Below are positions 50,901 through 58,282 of a stretch of 64,000 nucleotides of DNA, in pieces. This DNA comes from an uncultured virus (IMG/VR IMGVR_UViG_3300044630_001353) (lineage: Duplodnaviria > Heunggongvirae > Uroviricota > Caudoviricetes). The stretch lies in IMG/VR virus record IMGVR_UViG_3300044630_001353. One strand, written 5' to 3'. The position numbers were made by a program, and so were the translations under genes. The notes below the pieces were generated by a model. The model did no database searches, had not been told where the DNA came from, and worked only from the letters and a program-made list of their open reading frames with translations. The stretch's first letter is position 1, and each line of letters starts with the position of its first letter.

Positions 50901-51850
50901 CCGAGCGTCAGAAAGCAATACAGAAAACGTTTTGGACACGTGGTATGTACCTCACCTCATTGAGTGTTGCGTACTGGGCAATGACCCATGACGACGATGA
51001 CTACAAGAAGCAAGAGCAAGAGACCCGCGATAACAACTGGCTGATCCCATCGTTGGGTGTAAAGATTCCAATCCCGTTTGAGGTGGGTGTGCTGTTTAAA
51101 GTAATACCTGAACGCATGCTGGGTTACTACTTAGGCGACGATACAGGCAAAGACTTTGCAGACTCAATGGGACGTGCGGCTTGGAGCACCTTTGGCTTCT
51201 TGCCAGTGCCTCAGACTGCGTTGCCAATGCTTGAGGCGGCAACCAATTATTCTTTCTACACAGGTAGAAACATTGTCGGTGCCGGCATGGAGGGGGTCTT
51301 CCCTGAGTTCCAAAAAGGTCCAAGCACCTCTAAGGTTGCAACGCTTTTGGGTGAACAACTGGGTATTTCCCCCATGAAAGTGGATCACATGATCAAGGGG
51401 TATACCGGAACGATTGGTACCTACATGGTGGACGTCATTGATTCGATTGGTGATTTAAACAGCGAGTCTCCTAAAGCTGCCAAGCGTTTTGAGCAGATGC
51501 CTGTGATTAAACGCTTTGCTGTAGACCCTGAAGCCAAAGGTCAAGTTACCGCTTACTACAAGTTAAAAGACGCAGTCGATGAAACTGTCCGGACAATTAA
51601 CTTGTTGGAAAGAACTGGACGGTATGAAGAGCTAGCGGAGTATGGTCAGAAAAATGCCAAACTCTTTGCCTCTCGCCAATACATTTCCGGCATGGAAAAG
51701 CAAATGAAGCAAATGCGTGAAGCCGCACTGCAAGTTAACAGTTCCACTATGAGTGCTGAGGAGAAGCGGGCAACCTTGAGCGCAATCAATCAGGCTCAAA
51801 TTAAGCTGACCGAGCACGTTCAAGGTGTTAAGAAGATGTTGTCAGAGTAA
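41909..51850 (+). CDS. giant polyvalent virion protein (metallopeptidase, HhH-like, ADP-ribosyltransferase-like x2-3, ParB-like and LPD38-like domains)
   Basis: LRHESLH..EEAIAD; GPKVGPF..VTVDVWMTR; FKRWFGDSKVVD..VYHAT and FKRFFKESKFVD..MYHAT; DGRHRARAL; C-terminal RDNNWLIP..KIPIPFE. Confidence 0.8.
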   Translation: MAIARIQLPDGRIATVEIPDGLSVQQAQTLLNQQFAPKAEEPTVGPAGFSLKDTGRAAQQGFYGGLQTLTDLFGAGNAVSKDLTALQQEAAGKMSEERKAEIARRELLKKKAEGNTWEEIKATVGGFTEAPFQTSVGALSGSVPVIASAFLPGGQPAAVAGLTGRAALGARALAAAKSPAAGVGALMGVGGQKGQDYETVKQALLEKNFSEADAERLAQQVSGYSLENAPRQLASGLMGGLEGVTGIEGLLGRAGRLGKALPKVDKAGNLPEPTYGQALRRGILSEAAPEAAQAATGQVGTNIALNQAGIPTDLMSGVAAQVVHDALVGGTLGAATSPLKMREMRQEFVNEEVARKREEDERFAQSRRDAIAQRQKTKQQIVGNQPLLLAGPSQELEPTKEKPPLQNPIGNLTPDELGPEVTSYLNQYRKSNSLPRLQSYSIEDVKDAMTAVNPEGEKAALDSILAAKTGYTGQQNFTAKDVENAAIEKNVATGTKGFSDFLARTTGVNNLQEMSEPQLYAAFTALTDMPANTTGQQMVLPEGTNASRFTQKQYDNAVKFVGMTFDDNNGKPLSTETILADIKDSTNLETDRDAKALLDTAIKNGDLEQSQQVVYRTFKPDTDQMVATYPTRERAAAAAKKQGLNVREATLTQVAPKAPVTPPTAPRAGLPAGYDITERQFKEGEEPEGYQITSEAGGKPFPTILNQAEVEGKIQQLSADRQEIAATKLQEVMKYEDTVNEGKRELEKMEAAGEFDTDAYKQKKARQAAKEDLLGKRIDALYAEIEGLTAKLKSKAVGSKPIARKGYTVTKEGKESGTFPTREAAEESVLAGLSDAELDALVSDKKFGGLANRAAAEQNRRRSAPPTKGKKVSEVLKDLESGPPLKETPELLAATKPLRDMLNKFGLGDVALKLVKAIENKADGSYAGKLIQIALDAKYPIRTLRHESLHALKELGFFTDAQWKSLEKMARDKWVDQYLKSSKALLSNGKTVTRYEAYQLPKDQGGQGLTEAEIFEEAIADAFGDFDVNKAPPGMLSALLNKMRGFFESLNNYLEGRGFQNSQDIFNAVEAGKLKAKGTAAPAGTKLSVAPAEEGKPVKEVDPNDVGNIVQNSPYKDAGINVLSSPIVQTSKKLKVDEVGQLFDDAYQAEFGKRGDWRDPNDFKRAVGQAVDELKFQMQQAKSGQDWYDEDIAEAFKATEAIIPSLKDPQKRAFFSVLAGIMSPSTNARENWVIAAEAYQHYEQTGIVPGRNPANGNLWMGGLTSATKEKQLNMLNKMMQPVAQGGMGEKATIEWMQGTHPVKEINQMRRQYGNMGGIDGKATDLKMGLTAFGPKVGPFVMNINGIHEVTVDVWMTRTFNRYFGQMMGPDGKMTEAPTEPQRVAVKNLVISAAQQVNLKPYQVQSVLWFYEQQLFNKLGTGAKSYGFSDGAKKFVETQGAGSGKVPPPTGGGNAPANKPAGQRAGQASAPASQQPAGKPKKLSLGVVGEVAPNPDHPTAAQWREMTQSERLNATTAVARKVMNGIFDELNLQGYKFKFSTGTYEGEMNPNIIVEAPADASLEELNELARVMGYALDQKAMVVFDDENTSSENQEGHVMIKVPEGMSEEVFDALRDHIGRAVPQVEGDTLRDGMLYFGNFSAYNDNIETVTDRQYYDAIKDAVATFDYDGDIEIYEPQRFHSELIWPANREAYLEGTRYGASNREEVPAGAEAVRGFGGRRLQTLSEDAIALRDRWIDARGSARLGGRSQPNATSYGEPTAEYGTATPDSTSVTGVHFSKQARASINSGFYGNGLRGLESERLNDPANSDIRSRAYFYVDTGKGVRPEAGVGGVPHVIQLNNLYDAQKDPLQIVKNVRGTTAEERADRLERGIMNAGFDGYVTRDPIMSQGFAVLIGNHNIKTGQKYSLQEAPDTPEFKRWFGDSKVVDADGKPLVVYHATSDDFDSFDPSQDRRENGLIFFAEDSANAEATRFFDKREATQVMPVYLQIKKMFNGLQGVPKELQNWILSNKNNLKKELNQYEQDWGLALSALDYLDKDDTGNFNPKNYIKAIASGEWQAIEASKSLINKIKELGYDGIKMYEDGNTYAVFKPTQIKSATGNIGTFDATNPDIRYSLRAVEDTPNFKRFFKESKFVDNNGNPLTMYHATNADIVEFNSSEDGKLGAGIYLSSAPDYVTQYAPEGNVMPLYASAQNPYVLNIRSEAVKSTLQSKLPFVNGINKQMEEAVTKLTDGKKRLKDLNGEQVRNLFKRNGYDGIIARDDAGNIIEATVFKPQQVKSAIGNVGTFSPKSKDIRYSLRDATDMFTGKELDKASKTEYKGRYKLVNMPIDDFLKLSKIAGQDAGAQGRADERVQAGTPFTSVPYLYVDPDGTDLRVTGHDGRHRARALKSAGYDTMPVELRSMIRWSEQADPESADYQETWPERIYAEEGALREGASIPMPVTREESPKNYTAPTKKLSVRSVEDRIKALPNGDKMHQAVSSKTTVREEKSIAQRILDAFAGDSIASIRQQAFNRYNQLSVYDKRLADQMGGVELLADSSAEAAALLSDTASGVAAAAFGVNNIGGAPVYRNGVTVVDNFDGKVKGLMDILMPLAELKDPYAYRAFQFYAASKRGTRFDNDGKEKLFDKDDFAHAAALETEFPMFKQVHKDWIAYNDKLVDYMVATGIISKDKAKEFTKYADYIPFYRQLEGQDTIGPRVFQSISGVKTPKKLKGGEAPLADFMETIVRNTQSIIQAGMKNTAGQKAVGVAMQLGDAELLPKQSSAPGTITIMRNGEYESYGVADELFVNSVKSLNMPDVQLWGIFAGPAGLLRSMVTKDPGFMLANLLRDSMSAYVTSGVKMTPVADTVANFGRALGGEDPTYIALVKAGILGGYDYAQGVERSGSQLSADLRKRVGNQSLSERAMDGFGLWSALEKGTSASDAATRMAVYNQVLKDTGNEAEAIFRALEVMNFNRKGANPMIRLLTAAIPFLNARMQGLDIFYRAGIRPSFEQNPTERQKAIQKTFWTRGMYLTSLSVAYWAMTHDDDDYKKQEQETRDNNWLIPSLGVKIPIPFEVGVLFKVIPERMLGYYLGDDTGKDFADSMGRAAWSTFGFLPVPQTALPMLEAATNYSFYTGRNIVGAGMEGVFPEFQKGPSTSKVATLLGEQLGISPMKVDHMIKGYTGTIGTYMVDVIDSIGDLNSESPKAAKRFEQMPVIKRFAVDPEAKGQVTAYYKLKDAVDETVRTINLLERTGRYEELAEYGQKNAKLFASRQYISGMEKQMKQMREAALQVNSSTMSAEEKRATLSAINQAQIKLTEHVQGVKKMLSE

Positions 51851-52124
51851 GATGATCCGTCTCAAAAAGCCAACCAATGGTTTTTCGGTGGGCCTCATCC
51901 CAAGCCTCAAACTTCTCCTGCTTGCTTAGGGTTTTCCCTTGGTCGATGTTTGCGTGGCATGTGTAGCACAGTGCCGCAATACGGTAGTCATGGGCTTTGA
52001 TGCCCATGCCTTTGCCGTCGCGCTGTTGGTTGGAGTGCGCCGCCACCACAGTACCGTCTTCAGCACCGCAAAGCTGGCAGGGGCACTCCCTGACCAGCTC
52101 TAGCAGTTTCTTATTACGGTACAT
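51828..52124 (-). CDS. DUF1364/YbcO-like Zn-binding nuclease
   Basis: PCQLCG..VVAAHSN..GMGIKAHD..LCYTCH. Confidence 0.75.
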   Translation of the reverse strand: MYRNKKLLELVRECPCQLCGAEDGTVVAAHSNQQRDGKGMGIKAHDYRIAALCYTCHANIDQGKTLSKQEKFEAWDEAHRKTIGWLFETDHLTLTTSS

Positions 52125-52323
52125 CTTGCTTGCTTAGGAAGTCAACGTAACGGGCAATTTCTTTTCCGGTGTAGTCGATGTCGCCATACCCCAGAAACCG
52201 CGCTGCAATCCGTTTAAACGCAGCCTGCTGCGCTGCCTGCCAAACTTCGTAGCTCCAGCCCCCGTCGTCCTCAAAGGCTTTAGAGCCAATGAAATCGCAG
52301 TATTCCTGTTTGCACTCAGTCAT
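52114..52323 (-). CDS. hypothetical protein
   Basis: Coupled ORF in the leftward operon. Confidence 0.6.
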   Translation of the reverse strand: MTECKQEYCDFIGSKAFEDDGGWSYEVWQAAQQAAFKRIAARFLGYGDIDYTGKEIARYVDFLSKQDVP

Positions 52324-52550
52324 AGGAGCGCCTGAAATTCTGCAAGCTTTTGTGCGTAGTGACGGGCTTTTTCGGAGTCATGAGAGCCGTCCTTGTGCCC
52401 CTGTCGCATAGCGTATTTAATGATGTTGCCCTTGAGGAATCCTACAAACTCCTCGGGCGTTAGTACTGCCTCCATCACAGACCATGGTTGCATCTCCATG
52501 TCTTTGTAATGGCGACCATCTATTTGGTAATCATCCGCTCTTTGAATCAT
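52320..52550 (-). CDS. DUF3310 (SaV/T7 gp1.7-like) protein
   Basis: GRHY..GFLKGNIIKYAMR..K..D.EKARHY. Confidence 0.8.
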   Translation of the reverse strand: MIQRADDYQIDGRHYKDMEMQPWSVMEAVLTPEEFVGFLKGNIIKYAMRQGHKDGSHDSEKARHYAQKLAEFQALL

Positions 52551-52719
52551 TTTGTTCCTTTAATTTAAGCATGTAGTACGGAGTTGAAAACTTTGCCTTT
52601 TTCTTGACAATGGTGCGGAGCCATTCAGCCCCGCCCAAGTCTTGCAACATCAGCCATTCAAGGTCTGACATTCTGACCTGACGACCTATTAAAGGCATTG
52701 GTGGTTTAGGTCTCGGCAT
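52531..52719 (-). CDS. small putative DNA-binding protein
   Basis: MPRPKPP..VRMSDLEW..LGGAEWLR; GGAGG RBS. Confidence 0.6.
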   Translation of the reverse strand: MPRPKPPMPLIGRQVRMSDLEWLMLQDLGGAEWLRTIVKKKAKFSTPYYMLKLKEQNDSKSG

Positions 52720-52897
52720 GCTTTGGCCTCCTTGTGACTCTGTTGGTCCAACACCCAGCACAGTACCACTTGTTTAAACTCATCTGGATGCCGCCCTCCG
52801 GGGGTTTGGCCAGATCGCATTTGCCGCACTGTTTAAACTGATGTGTGTTGGCCGGCATACCATTTAAAGATAATTGTTGTTTAACAAAACCGTTCAT
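52706..52897 (-). CDS. Zn-finger hypothetical protein
   Basis: CGKC..WYCAGCW. Confidence 0.6.
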   Translation of the reverse strand: MNGFVKQQLSLNGMPANTHQFKQCGKCDLAKPPEGGIQMSLNKWYCAGCWTNRVTRRPKHAET

Positions 52898-53193
52898 GTT
52901 TTCATGTTCCTTATGTAGACTGCAAAGCTTGCCGTTGTATTGCCACCATTTTTCATGCGGTCAAACTCTTGGGCAACTTGTTCCAGTACTTGGTTGCGAA
53001 CATCGTACTTTTTAGGATCAATGGCTAATTTCAGTGCATCATTTATTTGACGGTACACCAAAGCCTCCTCTAACAATTGCTCCATCTCTTTGGCGGCTTG
53101 CAAATGAAAGGGGCTGATTGGCACATTGCTAGCAATTGAGCGCATCATGCCAATGGTTTGTCTTACTGTGGTTTCACTTAAACGTTTAGGCAT
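52894..53193 (-). CDS. hypothetical protein
   Basis: [20 protein letters not shown]. Confidence 0.65.
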   Translation of the reverse strand: MPKRLSETTVRQTIGMMRSIASNVPISPFHLQAAKEMEQLLEEALVYRQINDALKLAIDPKKYDVRNQVLEQVAQEFDRMKNGGNTTASFAVYIRNMKT

Positions 53194-53569
53194 GTGGCAC
53201 CCTTAACGCTAAACCAATTTCAGCCAACTTTTCACTTACTTCCTTTTGGCTCTTACGCCCTAAGTTTGGAAGCTTAAGCAGTTCATTAGCTGTCCACTGC
53301 TGTAGCTGACCAATGGTGTAAATACCAGCCGCCTTCAAGCAGTTCCCTGTTCTAACCGTTAACTCCAACCCCTCCACGTACTGCGATGGAAGTTGATGGT
53401 TGTTTAAACGTACCAAAGCATCCGTTCTGCTTTTGATCATTTCTTCGGCAAGTATGTACGCATTATTGGCGACGTGACTTAATTGGTTTCTATTAGAAAA
53501 CACTACGCCATTCATGGCGGCTTTCATTGCCTGTATAGCAAAATTGTCCATCATCTCTTCTTGTGTCAT
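53186..53569 (-). CDS. protein with an RNA polymerase alpha-subunit C-terminal domain
   Basis: [41 protein letters not shown] matches the RpoA CTD; GGAG RBS before MTQEEM. Confidence 0.88.
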   Translation of the reverse strand: MTQEEMMDNFAIQAMKAAMNGVVFSNRNQLSHVANNAYILAEEMIKSRTDALVRLNNHQLPSQYVEGLELTVRTGNCLKAAGIYTIGQLQQWTANELLKLPNLGRKSQKEVSEKLAEIGLALRVPHA

Positions 53570-53652
53570 GTTGGTACTCCCATAAAGAAAATTGCTCCCC
53601 AAAACATAATCACCGCAATGATGATGTATGTCCATATTGTTGAATTTTTCAT
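53566..53652 (-). CDS. 28-aa membrane peptide
   Basis: [32 protein letters not shown] overlaps on both sides. Confidence 0.55.
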   Translation of the reverse strand: MKNSTIWTYIIIAVIMFWGAIFFMGVPT

Positions 53653-53873
53653 GGCTTCGCCTCTGTTTTGTTTTGCTTAGCGTCCATACAACTTTTGCAA
53701 ATAAATAAGTGTAGCCCTGTGGATATGCGTAGTTTCCCGCCGTAAATAGGTCTGTCTTTTTGACATTTCCAACACATTTTCCAGCGGCGATTCATGCGCT
53801 TTTGGTCATTGATTTGTGCAGATGTTGCTGAAATGTTGTCAGCAATAATATTCCTAAATCCAGTTCCTCTCAT
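53649..53873 (-). CDS. Zn-finger hypothetical protein
   Basis: CWKC..ICKSC; AAGGAG RBS. Confidence 0.6.
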   Translation of the reverse strand: MRGTGFRNIIADNISATSAQINDQKRMNRRWKMCWKCQKDRPIYGGKLRISTGLHLFICKSCMDAKQNKTEAKP

Positions 53874-54022
53874 GACTTCTCCTTCAGCAAAGCTTCCAGT
53901 TTGTCCAAAGCCTTGTCCCAAGCGTCATAGTCAAGCTCGTTGCTAAAAGCTTTGACCACGGCATGTGCTGACTTCTCGACGCGCTCAAGGTAAGCCATGC
54001 GCTTTTTTTCTTCTTCAGTCAT
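53870..54022 (-). CDS. hypothetical protein (50 aa)
   Basis: MTEEEKKRMAYLERVEK..; fills the gap with coupled overlaps. Confidence 0.55.
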   Translation of the reverse strand: MTEEEKKRMAYLERVEKSAHAVVKAFSNELDYDAWDKALDKLEALLKEKS

Positions 54023-54225
54023 TCACCCAGCTCCTCAAATAGTTGATTAGTTAACTCCCTGACACGGGCAATAACCACGGCCATGTCAGCCTTGTGTGTA
54101 AACTCACCAGTCACAGCCATCTTGATGTTGGTCAGGGACTTGTACATGACAGGCCCCTTTAAAGCAAACAGCAAGTTGTCCTCGTCCTCGGGGTAGGTAA
54201 ACTCAATGATGGCTTTGGTTTTCAT
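54019..54225 (-). CDS. hypothetical protein
   Basis: MKTKAIIEFTYPED. Confidence 0.6.
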   Translation of the reverse strand: MKTKAIIEFTYPEDEDNLLFALKGPVMYKSLTNIKMAVTGEFTHKADMAVVIARVRELTNQLFEELGE

Positions 54226-54379
54226 GCAGGCGTCCCATCGGTTTAAACGTTAACCACTTGTCGCCCAATCTCAACACAGCCCGTACCCATTGGCGTTGGT
54301 TGTGTTGGTTGGTGTGATCGGGGGCAAATTCATTGTTAAAGAGTTTCCGTGCCTTCTGACGCAGTTGTTGTGTGTGCAT
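54203..54379 (-). CDS. hypothetical protein
   Basis: HNQRQWVRAVLRLGDKWL; AGGAG RBS. Confidence 0.6.
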   Translation of the reverse strand: MHTQQLRQKARKLFNNEFAPDHTNQHNQRQWVRAVLRLGDKWLTFKPMGRLHENQSHH

Positions 54380-54602
54380 TTTTGTCTCCTGAAACAGATT
54401 CAATTAATGATGTCGGCATCTTGCAAGTAATCCAATAGCCGTCCTTGTTTAAACTGTAACCACGCTCAGTCATTTCCTCGGGGGTACGGCAACGCCTGTC
54501 CACCCCAAACTTGCCAGTCCGGTGCCCGTCAAAGGCACCGGTGCTGTTGAAATACTCCTTACAGCCTTGGCATTGGTTGCGGTCACCTTTAAGGGGTTTC
54601 AT
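54336..54602 (-). CDS. FDxHR-type phage Zn-binding protein
   Basis: CQGCKEYFNSTGAFDGHRTG..RRC. Confidence 0.7.
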   Translation of the reverse strand: MKPLKGDRNQCQGCKEYFNSTGAFDGHRTGKFGVDRRCRTPEEMTERGYSLNKDGYWITCKMPTSLIESVSGDKNAHTTTASEGTETL

Positions 54603-54898
54603 GCAACCTCCCGCATCACGTGGGTACTCAACTCATCGCAGATCACATCAGCAAATGATTGCCCCGAGGGGAAACGCATCTGCCCTGCGTTGTGCGCCGT
54701 AATGACCTCGGAGGCTTTGTTTAAACCTTCGTTGAAGCCCTGCAGGTAAGGGTCACCTACGGTCATGCGTAGGCTAAGCCCCTCCCTGATGACCTGAGCC
54801 ATAGTGATGCGTTGCTTTTTAGCAAACTTCTTAAGCTTAACGTAGTCGTTGTCGTCGATGTACGTCATGAAAGGTTTTAGTTTTTTAGAAGGGGTCAT
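54599..54898 (-). CDS. ribbon-helix-helix-like DNA-binding protein
   Basis: KPFMTYIDDNDYVKLKKFAKKQRITMAQVIREGL. Confidence 0.55.
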   Translation of the reverse strand: MTPSKKLKPFMTYIDDNDYVKLKKFAKKQRITMAQVIREGLSLRMTVGDPYLQGFNEGLNKASEVITAHNAGQMRFPSGQSFADVICDELSTHVMREVA

Positions 54899-55274
54899 TG
54901 GTCGTCCCTGATTCAAATTCATGCACTAGCGCGTCAAACTTCACCTTTGCGTCAATGTTGCCATGAAGCTCGGTGCGGGATTGAATGCCACAGCGTTTAC
55001 ACAACATGTGGGCAGCGTCGGTTTCGTTGTCACACATCAGGTACTCTTGGAAGTCCGGATTGCGACACAGCATCCCAGCCTTCTGCACACGGTTATCGTA
55101 TACAGTGGCTGACTCGTCGTCTTGCAGGCGTACCATGACGCATGCATAACGTGCCCCAACAAAATCCCTGAGCAACTCTTCAGGGGTCTCGTCGGGGTGT
55201 ATGGCTAGCGTCAAGACAAAACCTGTCCGGTCTTGCTTGAGCGCTACTTTGCGGCATTCAAATTGCATGGGCAT
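54885..55274 (-). CDS. hypothetical protein
   Basis: AGMLCRNPDFQ..CGIQSRTEL. Confidence 0.65.
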   Translation of the reverse strand: MPMQFECRKVALKQDRTGFVLTLAIHPDETPEELLRDFVGARYACVMVRLQDDESATVYDNRVQKAGMLCRNPDFQEYLMCDNETDAAHMLCKRCGIQSRTELHGNIDAKVKFDALVHEFESGTTNDPF

Positions 55275-55797
55275 TGCGTAAACCTAGCTTTCTTTCAAGG
55301 TAAGCCTTCTCAATGCGCAACGTAGTCACCTCATTACGCAGTCGTGTAAGCTCATCGTCATCAGCCTTGATCACCTCACGCACTATCTCCTGACCTTTGG
55401 TCGGTTCAGGGGTCTCATGCTTTTGGGCAAGCTTCTCCGCAAACTCTGCCACCTCCTTTGCCTGCTCAGGCGTGGGCAAAGGACCTTTCTTGAGCTTGGC
55501 TTCCCAGCCCCTCTTAGCCGCCTTTTCAGCCGCCTCCTTAGACCTAGCTTGGTCAACTAAGTCCTGCTCTTTCCACGCGGCACGTACCGTGTCACCGATA
55601 GCGCAAAGCCTAGGGAATTTCTGTCTAGCTTTAGGGCTTCCGGTCATGCCGTATTGATACAACACAGACAGCACTTGTTGCCGTGTGTAGCCGGTAGCAA
55701 CTTCAATTTCCGTAGCAGAGGCATGTGCATGCTTCTCAAGGTAATTGAGTATGTCGTCGGTAGATTTCCTTACTGGGCGAAATTCTGTGCGTCGCAT
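55258..55797 (-). CDS. hypothetical protein, possible N-terminal HTH
   Basis: ILNYLEKH..SATEIEVATGYTRQQV; AAGGAG RBS. Confidence 0.6.
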   Translation of the reverse strand: MRRTEFRPVRKSTDDILNYLEKHAHASATEIEVATGYTRQQVLSVLYQYGMTGSPKARQKFPRLCAIGDTVRAAWKEQDLVDQARSKEAAEKAAKRGWEAKLKKGPLPTPEQAKEVAEFAEKLAQKHETPEPTKGQEIVREVIKADDDELTRLRNEVTTLRIEKAYLERKLGLRNAHAI

Positions 55798-55806
55798 GGT
55801 CACTCC

Positions 55807-56115
55807 TTAAAAGGGGATGTCCGAGTCATCCGCAGGGAATGACTGCGCCTGAGACTCCTGACGTATTCCGCCCTGCGTATTGGGTACAAAGCGGTCCACA
55901 GCAACAGACAGGTAGGTCTTACCTGACTTGGACACCTTCTTCCAACCTGACAGCTTGACAATCAGTAAACCGTTTTCGGTCTTGATGTTGGTCAAGTCCT
56001 TCATGTTTAAAGCGATACTGCCAAAGTAGTCAGGAGACTTGGGGGTCTTCTTGCTTTGGGTTGCGAAAAGCTGACCGGAGTCAGGCAGGGCTTTGAAATC
56101 AGAGTTGGTACTCAT
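55807..56115 (-). CDS. single-stranded DNA-binding protein-like
   Basis: SPDYFG..LSGWKK..TYLSV; acidic C-terminal DDSDIPF as in SSB. Confidence 0.7.
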   Translation of the reverse strand: MSTNSDFKALPDSGQLFATQSKKTPKSPDYFGSIALNMKDLTNIKTENGLLIVKLSGWKKVSKSGKTYLSVAVDRFVPNTQGGIRQESQAQSFPADDSDIPF

Positions 56116-56810
56116 TGTGTTTCTCCTTCAGAAAATTGCTTTTTAAGCTCTTGGAACTTTGATAAAACCTGTTGGTACAGGTCGGGGTGCGTCACCTTCA
56201 GCGAGTCAAGCTGAAGCTGATTGCTCTTCCAGTAGCTGTTTAAACCAGCTACGGTGGTGCAGTGGGTGGTGTACTCAACCATTCCATCTGCAAACAATTG
56301 GCGGCTAGCGTCCGAGTTATCCAATGACTCATCGGCCTTTGGTGCGGTCTTGGCTAGTATTTTTTCGTACTTAGGTGCGTCTTCCTTTTTGGTTAACTCA
56401 CCCATGGTGGTGGAGGCATCGTCTGACTGCGGAAGATCGTCTCCCGAATAGATGTATAGGCCAAGTCCATGGAGGGCTAAAGCTTTGGTCATGCAACGCA
56501 TGATGGCCGTGTTGACCTGAAACGCATCAGGGCTTTGGATGGGCTGATTGCGGTGGTTCATGATCGGCAACATGCAGGTCATTGGCTTGTTAAACATAGT
56601 GACCATGACCCAAACCATACCGGTACCGTTGACATTCATGTAGGGCATCTCAACGCCCTGCGCATCATGAAACGTCTGCACTTCAAAGGAGGCGGCAGGG
56701 TCAGCCTTCAAAGCCTCAGCCCATGCCCACGCCCATGAAAGGTACGTTAAGCCGTTTTTCTTTTCGGTGTGCTCATTGACATTGAGCTTCAATAAATCAA
56801 GCGGGGACAT
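56112..56810 (-). CDS. Sak/Rad52-like single-strand annealing protein (DUF1071)
   Basis: VNEHTEKKNGLTYLSWAWAW..NTAIMRCMTKALALHGLGLYIY.GDDLP. Confidence 0.85.
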   Translation of the reverse strand: MSPLDLLKLNVNEHTEKKNGLTYLSWAWAWAEALKADPAASFEVQTFHDAQGVEMPYMNVNGTGMVWVMVTMFNKPMTCMLPIMNHRNQPIQSPDAFQVNTAIMRCMTKALALHGLGLYIYSGDDLPQSDDASTTMGELTKKEDAPKYEKILAKTAPKADESLDNSDASRQLFADGMVEYTTHCTTVAGLNSYWKSNQLQLDSLKVTHPDLYQQVLSKFQELKKQFSEGETQ

Positions 56811-57663
56811 TGATTTCTCCTTGGTACTGTTTACACCACTTGCTGACTCCACAGAAATCTCCTGTGCAACGCTTTGGCTCGCCTTTGCGGGTTTCGACAT
56901 ATCCTTTTTCCTTTTCTGCCAACTCGGTGGCTTCTTCTAACGTTTTAAATACTCTGATCGCAGTCTTGCGACCCTCCCTCTTCGTTGCGTAAGTTGTTTC
57001 ACTCATCCAACGCTCTTCATCGGTGCAGGGCTGAAGCTCGTCACCAAAGTCATGTGCCACTCGGGCATTGCGGTGCATCTCAAGACGCTCCCGCACGTAA
57101 GTCTCAGTCCGGACTGCGTCCCACATTGGGATGTCAATCATGATTGCCTCAGCTTCAGGGTAACCCTCGCTGGTGTCATGGGGTGAGTAGTCCTTGACGA
57201 TGGCACAAATCTGCAGTCCCTTGACTTGCACCTTCTTGACGGTCTCAACCAGCCATTTGTAAATGTTTAACTGCGTCATCCAGTCATCCTTGCCCTGCTT
57301 GACTGACCACGCCTTGACAAACTTGTAGTCGATGATGATCACACCGCCATCGACGTGTTGCTGAAGGTCAATGGCACCGCTGATGATCACGCCATCAACC
57401 TCGGTAAAGATGCGCTCCTCATTGGTGTAGCCCTCAATCTCCTTGGCCTCAAGCTTGCCGTGCATGAAAGTCCCAAGCTGGGACGCAATCATTTTGGTGA
57501 CGTCGATGGTCATCGACGCATCGTACTGTTCGCGTAATCTGCGAATCTTTGGTGGCGACATTAGCTCTGTAACGCTATACTGTGAGGAGCCCTTACTGTA
57601 ATAGTTACGTGAGAGCAAAGCCACTAACGGTGCGGGTAGGTTCTGCTTGTTGGTTATTTCCAT
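56797..57663 (-). CDS. PD-(D/E)XK exonuclease (Cas4-like)
   Basis: SVTEL..GTFMH..SGAIDL..IIDYK..QLNIY; C-terminal Cys cluster. Confidence 0.8.
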   Translation of the reverse strand: MEITNKQNLPAPLVALLSRNYYSKGSSQYSVTELMSPPKIRRLREQYDASMTIDVTKMIASQLGTFMHGKLEAKEIEGYTNEERIFTEVDGVIISGAIDLQQHVDGGVIIIDYKFVKAWSVKQGKDDWMTQLNIYKWLVETVKKVQVKGLQICAIVKDYSPHDTSEGYPEAEAIMIDIPMWDAVRTETYVRERLEMHRNARVAHDFGDELQPCTDEERWMSETTYATKREGRKTAIRVFKTLEEATELAEKEKGYVETRKGEPKRCTGDFCGVSKWCKQYQGEINVPA

Positions 57664-57683
57664 TATCTCTCCGAGGTGTTGTT

Positions 57684-58112
57684 ATGAATGCGAACTTGAA
57701 TAATAGCGATGTTATCACAGAATTGCAAGAGCTATCATTAATTATTTTTGGTGAGCCGGCATCCAAGGCTAATTCAAGGCGTGTTGTGAGGTACGGAGGG
57801 ATGTCAAGGCTAATCAAATCTAAAAAAGCTTTGAGCTACAGTGATGTATTTTTACAACAGTGCCCAACACTTCCTACACTAATGACTAGTGATGTGCGAA
57901 TTACTCTCCGAATTTATTACGCGTCACGACGACCCGACTTGGATGAGACGTTGATACTGGACTTGTTGCAGGGGAGGGTGTATTTAAACGACCGGCAGGT
58001 GAAAGAGCGGCACGCTTTCTGGGGGTTGGATGTAAACAACCCGCGCACTGAGATGCTGATTCAGGAGATACCTGAAGTGGTGCCAAAAAAGAACCCCACC
58101 AAGCGAACCTAG
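57684..58112 (+). CDS. rusA: RusA-like Holliday junction resolvase
   Basis: GEPASKANSRR..RRPDLD..ILDLLQG..NDRQV..NPRTE; start uncertain. Confidence 0.8.
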   Translation: MNANLNNSDVITELQELSLIIFGEPASKANSRRVVRYGGMSRLIKSKKALSYSDVFLQQCPTLPTLMTSDVRITLRIYYASRRPDLDETLILDLLQGRVYLNDRQVKERHAFWGLDVNNPRTEMLIQEIPEVVPKKNPTKRT

Positions 58113-58238
58113 TGGGGTCTAAAGGAACCAACAATAGCAACTGCTGGAGGAGAGATGCCCTAAGTATAGCGCATTTCAGGACGTGTCAACACGTATCAAT
58201 ACGCTCCATTACCGTCCATTAACGTCCAAAGAAGTCCA

Positions 58239-58282
58239 GCAAAGGTACGTCTCGGCGGGTGCAAAGGTACGTCTCGGCGGGT
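58239..58282. repeat. tandem direct repeat, 2 x 22 bp
   Basis: gcaaaggtacgtctcggcgggt twice. Confidence 0.85.
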
